This document shows positions 12,937 to 22,562 of a stretch of DNA of 38,354 nucleotides, one piece after another. The DNA comes from Octopus bimaculoides (taxonomy: Eukaryota). A model generated the notes under the pieces. That model searched no databases. It had not been told where the DNA came from and saw only the letters and a program-made list of their open reading frames with translations. How positions within the stretch are numbered: position 1 is the first letter of the stretch; each line of letters starts with the position of its first letter. Location: positions 50,047,257 through 50,085,610 of the forward strand of contig NC_068981.1 of the NCBI RefSeq assembly GCF_001194135.2, in the 5' to 3' direction. The position numbers and the translations under genes were made by a program.

Positions 12937-13979
12937 GACATTTTTAAGAATTCTTAAAACGGTTACTAATAATGACAAAAAAAAAAACAAATAGAGTAGC
13001 AAAAGTCACGAAAACAACATAAGAGATATTAATAATTTAAATAAAATGCACGATGAAATGGAATATTCACTGTGAAATAAATCTCGCAACATAACCCGTA
13101 CAAAGTTTCTCAGCTAAATTCTCAATAGGGAATGTAATTACAATTTGTTGGGGTTTGATTCAATTGCAACCAGGAAAGAAATTTTGCATATAACGCAGCT
13201 AGTGGAAAATGGAATGATGTGCTACAAATATCAACATATCAAATACATGGGACAGAAGGTATGTAGCCTGCAACTATTTCGCACAAAATGGTTAGGATAC
13301 AACTGCCCTGAAACAAAATTTTAAAGGAGACTCTAATGAACGATAGTGATTCCACCAACCTCGACAAACTATGAAGTATTATCTGGCTTGTATTTTAAAC
13401 TGAATATCTGTTTTGTTCTGTTTTTGCTTTTCTATCCTTACAGTTTATTGTAATCTGCATGTGAAATGCCAGAATGATTACTACTTCATTCTGGTGTCTG
13501 GTAATTCTATGTATCCAGCAGATATAATGGAGTGCTCTCTAGGCATCTTGTTCTCATTTTTTTATAAGAATATCACATGAATTACAAGACTCATTTTACT
13601 GATCTTATGAAGACCTATGATATCCGACATCTATCATTCTATTCNNNNNNNNNNTATATATATTTAGGAAAACAAAATCTGAACTTCTTGTACGAAGTCA
13701 AGTTAGTTCCATCCTTGGGCTCAGTAGAAACATTTGGATAATAGGTAAACTTTGCATATGAGATTTCTTACACATTCTACATGTCTTTTTTTATCTATCA
13801 CGTCCCTCACATTTATCGTTGAGGCATTATGCCATGTTGTTCAGGCACAATTGTGTATTTTTCATTATAATTTTCTGTAACCAAATCAGGTCTCTCACTG
13901 TATCTTTACACAATCTCACTGGAAATATTTTCATCACAATGAGAATTACACATTTTCTTCACACAAACACACACTCACT

Positions 13980-14023
<44 letters not shown>

Positions 14024-14057
14024 AGAAAGTTGGTATGTGAAAGCACGTGGTTGGATG

Positions 14058-15022
14058 NNNNNNNNNNNNNNNNNNNNNNNNNNNNNNNNNNNNNNNNNNN
14101 NNNNNNNNNNNNNNNNNNNNNNNNNNNNNNNNNNNNNNNNNNNNNNNNNNNNNNNNNNNNNNNNNNNNNNNNNNNNNNNNNNNNNNNNNNNNNNNNNNNN
14201 NNNNNNNNNNNNNNNNNNNNNNNNNNNNNNNNNNNNNNNNNNNNNNNNNNNNNNNNNNNNNNNNNNNNNNNNNNNNNNNNNNNNNNNNNNNNNNNNNNNN
14301 NNNNNNNNNNNNNNNNNNNNNNNNNNNNNNNNNNNNNNNNNNNNNNNNNNNNNNNNNNNNNNNNNNNNNNNNNNNNNNNNNNNNNNNNNNNNNNNNNNNN
14401 NNNNNNNNNNNNNNNNNNNNNNNNNNNNNNNNNNNNNNNNNNNNNNNNNNNNNNNNNNNNNNNNNNNNNNNNNNNNNNNNNNNNNNNNNNNNNNNNNNNN
14501 NNNNNNNNNNNNNNNNNNNNNNNNNNNNNNNNNNNNNNNNNNNNNNNNNNNNNNNNNNNNNNNNNNNNNNNNNNNNNNNNNNNNNNNNNNNNNNNNNNNN
14601 NNNNNNNNNNNNNNNNNNNNNNNNNNNNNNNNNNNNNNNNNNNNNNNNNNNNNNNNNNNNNNNNNNNNNNNNNNNNNNNNNNNNNNNNNNNNNNNNNNNN
14701 NNNNNNNNNNNNNNNNNNNNNNNNNNNNNNNNNNNNNNNNNNNNNNNNNNNNNNNNNNNNNNNNNNNNNNNNNNNNNNNNNNNNNNNNNNNNNNNNNNNN
14801 NNNNNNNNNNNNNNNNNNNNNNNNNNNNNNNNNNNNNNNNNNNNNNNNNNNNNNNNNNNNNNNNNNNNNNNNNNNNNNNNNNNNNNNNNNNNNNNNNNNN
14901 NNNNNNNNNNNNNNNNNNNNNNNNNNNNNNNNNNNNNNNNNNNNNNNNNNNNNNNNNNNNNNNNNNNNNNNNNNNNNNNNNNNNNNNNNNNNNNNNNNNN
15001 NNNNNNNNNNNNNNNNNNNNNN
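14058..15022. other. Largest assembly gap (others: 3125-3507, 4209-4259, 8839-8936, 9910-10020, 13645-13654, 16854-17450, 35904-36242)
   Basis: Runs of N, most flanked by microsatellites. Confidence 1.
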
Positions 15023-16718
15023 CCACTTGCCCTAATTATATGTTGCTTTTTTTTTTATTCATATATATATATATATATATATATATTAAATGGCATTTTA
15101 AGGATACAAACATATTTGACAGAGTGCTGCTAATTTCGGATCACTTCGAAGCTTTTCACAGGGCTGAACATCAACATTTCACAGAATATCTTTAAAAGAA
15201 AGTGCTTTTTGTCTGCGTCTTATATATTATTGCATGCAACTATAACCTTTTGTTGGTCAGTCTAACTAGTCAGGTTTCGGAATCTTCTACAGTGGAAAAC
15301 TTGTTTCGAATAATCATGTAATTCTCCCTCTCTTTCTCTTCTGTATATTCTATTATCTTTATGTTTTTATGAGAAGGTGGGATGTAACGCACATCATATA
15401 TTTGATCAAAAAATAACTATGATTCAAGAGAAAATTGAAACTGGGGTTGTCATATACGGTTTTGGTATAGTACATGCAGCGATCTACCAACTGTACAATT
15501 CCATCGGGAGGTAGCAACGTCTACATCCTTCACGGAAATACTGAAAATTCTGAACAACGATTGCACGCTTATATCTCTAGCTATTGATTTAAAAACACCG
15601 AGGAACAATTCATGCGGTGCACTTTCAAACGGGGTCCAACTGATAATTTCCTAATGTTTGTAACATTACTGTGCAAAACTGTACGTTATTTTTTACTGGG
15701 AAAGTCATAAATTTATTCAAACGCTAAAAGTCAAAAGGTCCAAATACATTACTCAAAAACAAATATGCCTTTAATTCCTTCAACTAACACTTCAAACTTC
15801 AAAAATATTTGAATTTACCATATTATCAGATCATGTCATTAACTTTACGTTCATCAAGCATCATATTTACTAGCATGGTTGAATCAGGCTTTAATCAAAG
15901 AGATTTGAGTGTTTGCCATGGGCATGCCAGTAGTGCTAAACGCTAACAGAAACAAACACCTAAAAACAAAAGATATTACTTGAAAATTGTGGCAAACGCA
16001 GAAATGAAATCAACGCAAATTGTTGTAACTACAAAAAAAGAGAACTACGACAGTACTGATCATATAACGATGATCTTAAGAGAATTTAAAACACATGATA
16101 CACACAAATATATATCGCATCCTATGTGGTCATATTTCTATGTCACTTACATTAACAGTATTACGTGCAACTGCACATGTCATTATGGTGCTATGAGTAT
16201 ACTAGAAATAGGAGTTCTATGCTTCACTAAAAACCCTCTCTGGATATTGTGGTAGCCGTTTAATTAAGTGGCACCTGGCGAGGAAAATTGTCAGATAATA
16301 GCTGTGAGTCAAACATTAGTATATTATCATTAGATTTAGTTATATTAAATCAAGCTCTTGTGAAAGAAAGATATAGTTAGGGTAATTAGGCCATGGGCGA
16401 AGGCTTCATTAGAAATGAAAATGCATACAAAGTGCAAATAACAACAATTTGTGTTGAATGTTTGTGCGCTTACGCCATACACATTTCTTCCGTAATTAGA
16501 ATTGAGGATTGATTGAACAAGAAAACTTCTGAAGGTCATACTGTTTGACATGCAGTTGTACTGGATATAACATCTGTAGTATATAAGTGCAATTTTGCAG
16601 CATCACTTTGCTGCAATGTTCACAAACTGTGACACAATCTAAACATCGGTCACTGATTTTACGCATTGAGGAGGCCATTGGTTAAAATCAGTAAGCTATG
16701 CAATATGTTGACGAGCAG

Positions 16719-16853
16719 TGGCTGTGTGGTAAGTAGCTTGCATATTAACCACATGGCTCCGGGTTCAGTCCTATTGCATGGCAACTTGGGCAAGTGTCTT
16801 TGCCTGTTGCCTCGGGGAGACCAAATCTATGTGAGTGGATTTGATAGACGGAA
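16719..16853 (+). mobile_element. tRNA-derived SINE head, truncated by gap
   Basis: A-box-like TGGCTGTGTGG (16719-16729), B-box-like GGGTTCAGTCC (16761-16771). Homologous to minus-strand copies at 26610-26752 and 35600-35737 (shared TTGGGCAAGTGTCTT-type core). Confidence 0.85.
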
Positions 16854-17449
16854 NNNNNNNNNNNNNNNNNNNNNNNNNNNNNNNNNNNNNNNNNNNNNNN
16901 NNNNNNNNNNNNNNNNNNNNNNNNNNNNNNNNNNNNNNNNNNNNNNNNNNNNNNNNNNNNNNNNNNNNNNNNNNNNNNNNNNNNNNNNNNNNNNNNNNNN
17001 NNNNNNNNNNNNNNNNNNNNNNNNNNNNNNNNNNNNNNNNNNNNNNNNNNNNNNNNNNNNNNNNNNNNNNNNNNNNNNNNNNNNNNNNNNNNNNNNNNNN
17101 NNNNNNNNNNNNNNNNNNNNNNNNNNNNNNNNNNNNNNNNNNNNNNNNNNNNNNNNNNNNNNNNNNNNNNNNNNNNNNNNNNNNNNNNNNNNNNNNNNNN
17201 NNNNNNNNNNNNNNNNNNNNNNNNNNNNNNNNNNNNNNNNNNNNNNNNNNNNNNNNNNNNNNNNNNNNNNNNNNNNNNNNNNNNNNNNNNNNNNNNNNNN
17301 NNNNNNNNNNNNNNNNNNNNNNNNNNNNNNNNNNNNNNNNNNNNNNNNNNNNNNNNNNNNNNNNNNNNNNNNNNNNNNNNNNNNNNNNNNNNNNNNNNNN
17401 NNNNNNNNNNNNNNNNNNNNNNNNNNNNNNNNNNNNNNNNNNNNNNNNN

Positions 17450-17450
<1 letters not shown>

Positions 17451-17532
<82 letters not shown>
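17451..17532. repeat. (ATT)n(AGT)n; 3' tail/target of the adjacent Dong fragment
   Basis: Read directly; follows the 3' UTR of the minus-strand Dong end. Confidence 0.9.
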
Positions 17533-17533
<1 letters not shown>

Positions 17534-17885
17534 TCAAATGTTTGTTTTTTTGCTTGCATTTGTACAAGTTGACTCCAGTTCTCACCCAGAGATCTCAAGG
17601 GACAACAAGTTAGAAGTTCATGTTGGTAATACGCCCAGGGTTTTGCACATAGTATAGTTCTAGAGAATGTTTAAGAAAACGTTAGAAAACTATAAGTTTG
17701 TTTTAAAATTTGAGATTACATGGACAAAACTTTGCGTAGGACATGATCAGATCCCATGAGCACTATCTTTTGAATTTCTGACATTTTGTGGGTTTCCTAT
17801 GACAACAGGTATCGTTTTAGAATTGAGTTTCCACATTTTGCCAGTTTCTGTTTCCAGCTCTGTATATCAAGATTTCTTTCCAATT
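17533..17885 (-). mobile_element. R4/Dong-clade LINE 3' end (ORF C-terminus plus 3' UTR)
   Basis: KMWKLNSKTIPVVIG, then after a short deletion and frameshift PQMSEIQKIVLMGSDHVLRKVLSM*, ~200 nt UTR and a (TAC)n(TAA)n tail. Matches the C-terminal PxVIGALG...QK..L.GTA.ILR pattern also seen at 28545-28690. Confidence 0.85.
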
Positions 17886-17925
17886 ATCATTACTGTTGTT
17901 GTTGTTGCTGTTGTTGGTTGTGGTG

Positions 17926-17978
<53 letters not shown>

Positions 17979-17992
17979 GTTGTTGTTGTTAT

Positions 17993-18516
17993 TAGTGAGT
18001 GAGCAGTGCATGTCACCCAAGTGACACTGGGGTAATATATATGAAGCCCAGTATACCCATGTTGACTACTTATACATCACAATCATATTTGCGCGACATG
18101 GTGATCACATATCAAGATAAACAGCACATGACTTTGTAGGTGTGGCTCTGTTAGAATCTTCTTGAAGTCGAGTAGCCCATCCTGCTGTGAATCAGGGATG
18201 TTTAAGGATGTTGAAAGAAACACCCATGTTTCCAGAAGTAAATTATTCAAACCTCAAAGAATTCCTCTCAACACATGGCTATGATGCTCCCTCGCTATTC
18301 CTGCTCGTGCTCAGAGATGCAGTTATATTTAGCATATAGTCAGACACTAATGGACATGTTCAACTGGTTATGGTCAAATAACTGACAAGCAAATCTGTGT
18401 TATATAGCATAATAATTGCTGTAGCCCGTCTTCTATACCAAGATAAATCATATACATAACACATCTAATCAGATAAGATCAGAAGACATGAGAGTCAGTG
18501 ACTGGTACTGCCTCAG

Positions 18517-18518
<2 letters not shown>
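17993..18518 (-). mobile_element. Unclassified ~520-bp non-coding interspersed element flanked by (TAA/CAA)n repeats
   Basis: Sharp boundaries against microsatellites at 17886-17992 and 18519-18565; more GC-rich than the flanks; stem-loop TGTCAC-CCAA-GTGACA (18011-18026) near one end; no coding similarity seen. Strand inferred from tail orientation. Confidence 0.55.
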
Positions 18519-18565
<47 letters not shown>

Positions 18566-18566
<1 letters not shown>

Positions 18567-19058
18567 GCAACATTTGGTAATTGAGGCAAATTTCTACTGC
18601 ATCACATGCTACATCCTTATTACGAGCGGTTGTGTAGTATTGTCCATGTATTCTTCATCTACCTATTTTCAGTTTCATTCATTCTCAATTGCTGGTACAG
18701 TGCTTTGTATTTGCGATCTTCCATCCTACATGAGACTGACATTCTTACTTCCAGTAATTGTGGTTCTGTACCAGTTTTTACATACCATGTTATGTTCTTT
18801 TCTTCTAATCTAATGCTGTTTTCGCATGCAATATATCCTCTTACCCCTCGTTTTCGTGTTACATACAGTCTGGCTGTGTCAATTTTCGGGTGGAGTATCC
18901 CATATCTAGTCAGCAACTTCCTTCTCTTTCTGTCCAAGCTGTTTAATTCGTCCAGTGTCCATGCGATTATCCTTGCTCCAAATCTAAGGAGTGAAACCGC
19001 CCAGGTTGTTGATAGCTTCCATCCGTTTAAGAAATATGTGGTGTTAAAGCCTCTCTAA
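18566..19058 (-). mobile_element. R4/Dong-clade LINE fragment (RT thumb region), internally deleted, ending in (TAA)n
   Basis: TWAVSLLRFGARIIAWTLDELNSLDRKRRKLLTRYGILHPKIDTARLYVTRKRGVRGYI...IHGQY. Homologous to 27660-28010 (WAISLCRY...FHPGAGVARLYLPR). Confidence 0.9.
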
Positions 19059-19059
19059 A

Positions 19060-20027
19060 ATGATGAGACGTTTTCAATTGTCTGGCAGGTGTCGAGTGTA
19101 TTTACCGTATGTGCGAGTGTGGACATGGACCAAACGCATTGTATAATCTAGGTTGTATCTAGGCAGAGCATTCTGCAGGTCAGTAGAAAATGACAGCATA
19201 GTTTGTCCGATCCTCAAAATCGTGAGTGAGCAACCAGACCATAAATTTGTGATCTGCACCGTGATAAATTCCGCAGGGATCCTGTTGATGGAAGCTGAAT
19301 GCATCACACTTCCGTTGATCCATGCTTACAGAGGCCGGATTAACGAATGAGTTAAGCGAACATTGACGGGGTCAAACGTCTAGAACAAATGCCGGTTGCC
19401 CTGAAATCAGTCACTAGAGTAGAATCGATTAGGTTTAATAAAGCATTAGCGATAGAAAAAAATCAGATATATAGTGACACTTAGAAACTTAGAGTAGACT
19501 CTCAGGAACGGCACAGCAGCCGACGTGTTCACAGTAACATCGGCTTTCAGCAATTCTTCAACACTAACCCTGAAGGGAGTCAGAGCTAAGGTGAATCCTC
19601 TAAGAACGGGAGAACAAAATCTGCTTGATGGGTCCGCGTGTAAGAGAGGCGCAAGAGGGAAAGAAAACTACCATTCGCTGTTTCCTGAACTAAAATGGTA
19701 TTCGAGCTCAAGCAGGTTTCTGGTGTATTTCATTAGCGGAGCGGAACGCATGATGGAATACAGCGTCTCCCTCGACAGCACGCCACGATTCTCGGCAGGA
19801 GAAGTGGAACGTTACAAAACCTCATAACAGCCACTGAAATACGGGATGTGATGATGGTCTGCACAGAGAACAAATAGCCTGGTTTGGGCTCTCTTTTTAT
19901 ATAACAGACCTGTTTGGTGACTTCATACGAGATCTCTACAGCAAATGGAAGCAGAACGTGAGATTCCCTACTGCCATTAGTTTAGTCGAGGCGGGGGCAT
20001 CACTAGGAAAGTACCTAGAAAAGGGAA

Positions 20028-20030
<3 letters not shown>
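19060..20030 (+). mobile_element. L1/Tx1-clade LINE ORF2 fragment (APE endonuclease C-terminus, linker, start of RT), pseudogenised
   Basis: VWTWT, YLGRAF, CPILKIV..PDHKFVICTV (DH at 19237-19242), ESIRFNKALAIEKN, ITATEIRDVMM...K*PG (KSPG equivalent, 19872-19883), DLFGDFIRDLYSKWKQN. Stops and frameshifts throughout. Confidence 0.85.
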
Positions 20031-20085
<55 letters not shown>

Positions 20086-20107
20086 CATATGTATATATAC
20101 ACACACA

Positions 20108-20174
<67 letters not shown>

Positions 20175-20250
20175 GTGCCTGCGTGTGTGTGTGCGTGTGT
20201 GTGTGCGTGAGTGTGTGTGTGCGTGTGTGTGTGCGTGAGTGTGTGTGTAT
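20030..20250. repeat. (AT)n(CA)n(AT)n(GT)n compound microsatellite
   Basis: Read directly. Confidence 0.95.
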
Positions 20251-20962
20251 CTATATGTATATGAATGTCAAGCCTATTCGTGTATGTCTACAGCACTAGA
20301 TCTCTCTTTCTCTCTCACTCTTTCTCTCTCACTCTTTCTATCTCTCTCTCACTCACTCTCTATGCTGTTGTATTGTAGTCGCGTGGGTAGAGTACTACTG
20401 CAAAATAACCTTGTAGGATAGAAATATACTCTTCTCGTATCCATTGGTATTAGTTTTATGTTATTTGTGAGAAGTAAAGAAAGACGTCCGGCCTTTTATT
20501 TAGACAGTCATCATGTTCTGAGAGTTCTGGTCCCTTCGTTTCTGATTTTAAAGGGTCTTCTATGTGTAATTCTTCGTATTTTTTTTATGCATTACCTTTA
20601 AAATACGTACTTCCCGTTTGTTATTTTGGGACTAAATAATTAAATTATATTTTTCTTTTAACTTTTTGTGTATGCTTATTGGAGGACAGAGATGGACTGT
20701 TGTTGATTTGAACTGGACTATGACGAGAGTGTTTGTATGTATTGCGCGAGTGATGGAGATAGTACACATATTTATAATACATTTAATGTGAAATTTTAAT
20801 GATGATTGCTTATTTGGTTATAGTCCAACATTTTGTCAGTTTTCTTTGTTGGTTTTATTCCCGATATTTTTGAATAGATTTTGGAACACTATTTTATCAT
20901 TCTCACATGTTAAAAGTACTTATACCATGATCTATTATTACCATTATTACTCATTATTACTA

Positions 20963-20979
20963 TCATCATCATTGTTATA

Positions 20980-21020
<41 letters not shown>

Positions 21021-21071
21021 TATTATTATTATTATTATTATTATTATTGCTATTATTATTATTATTATTAT

Positions 21072-21135
<64 letters not shown>

Positions 21136-21146
21136 TGTTGTTGTTG

Positions 21147-21178
<32 letters not shown>

Positions 21179-21187
21179 GGTGGTTTT
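20963..21187. repeat. Compound trinucleotide tract (TAA)(TTA)(TAG)(TTG)(TGG)
   Basis: Read directly. Confidence 0.95.
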
Positions 21188-21534
21188 GTTGTAAAAATCA
21201 GTGTCGAGTGAAGAACTAGAATATATGGTAGCAAAATCAGTGAAAACTGGGGACAGAAATATATACTTATAGTCCCTAATCACTAATTCATTATCACAAA
21301 TTTTCAAATGATGGTTGTTGCAATTAGTCATTTAAACATAAATAAGTGCAGTACTATTCACATAGTTATATTCATGTTTTATTCACTTCAACACATCATT
21401 ATACTCACTAATTTACTCTTCATATCAGTATAACACACCGTCCTCTTTGGTAGTATCACTGTCATAAATATTATTATTATCAATATGCTGGACATCATCC
21501 TTACATCTGTCAAAACTATTTAATATGTGTATTT

Positions 21535-21552
21535 GTCTGTGTGTGTGTGTGT

Positions 21553-21604
<52 letters not shown>
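21535..21604. repeat. (TG)n microsatellite
   Basis: Read directly. Confidence 0.95.
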
Positions 21605-21606
<2 letters not shown>

Positions 21607-22101
21607 TATGACTTTTCTTTATTGTAAATAGGTAAATTTGTTTCTGTTTTCGCTTCCTCTTCTCTCGATCTTACACCCGAAGCGCAGGATCTCTTTAACT
21701 CTTAGGTCGGAGGACTAATTAAAGTGTATTAGGGAATACTCACAATCCTTATCTACCGAATTATCACTATCTCACCTATACTGATGTCACTTGATAGGTA
21801 CTAAAATTCCGAAGACCAAAGACAGTGATGACACCGATTGTAACTTCATACTTCTCAAAACTCACGATTTAGGTGTCGGTAACGACTTATGCATCGGCAA
21901 CCTACGTAAAGCAGATGCCATTTGATATTTTCATATCTACAAATAAATAATTATTTCACTAAGGGCAAAACTTTAGCCATTTACCCTGAAAACAAGTAGA
22001 GGAAAACCAAAATTTCAAAATACTTTATGCCTATTGTTATGATTTTGGGCGTTTGCAAGATGCATGCGGAGAATTTCCATTGGGTAATACTTTTTCCACT
22101 A

Positions 22102-22562
22102 TCTATATCCGACTAAAACTCTGTGATTGTTTGATTGCTTGCTTGCATGCTTCTTGCTTGTTTGCTTGCGTGCTCGTGTGTAATTTAATACAGCCAAACC
22201 GGCGTATAATGGGAAAGTACTCTGAAAGTGAGATACCCATGAAAAGTGAATACATACATAATAAAAACAAGTTTCGTGTAAATCAGACCACGGATTCCGG
22301 AGATATGCGGTTTTGGGGAGTACCTTTATGATTACCTGCTTCCGTGCTTGCTTGCGTATGTACTTCTCTGTAATTTAATACAGCCAAACCGAGGCATAAT
22401 GGGAAAAATATTTTGAACTAAGGTATCATTGAAATGTAAATACAAACAGAAGAAAACAAGTGTCGCATAAATTGGACTACGGGTTGCCGAGATAGGCAGT
22501 TTTTCGGGTAAGTTTATAAATAACCAAACCGGTGGTTACCCAACGGATCACGGGTAGTCTAG
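22102..22562 (+). mobile_element. Probable non-autonomous Helitron with an internal ~190-bp duplication
   Basis: A|TC start (TCTATATCCGACTAAAA) followed by (TTGC)n-like repeat; two diverged units sharing TGTAATTTAATACAGCCAAACCG (22179, 22369); subterminal TACCC...GGGTA stem (22537-22556) then CTAG (22559-22562). The next base is C, not the canonical T. Confidence 0.5.

Noticed and set aside
13959-15195. Long ORFs of 140-380 aa (also 3024-3610, 16666-17613, 35792-36361)
   Set aside because: They consist almost entirely of N-gap codons.
16496-16678. ORF with CEHCSK resembling a C2H2 zinc finger
   Set aside because: No correctly spaced His pair, no linker, no neighbouring fingers.
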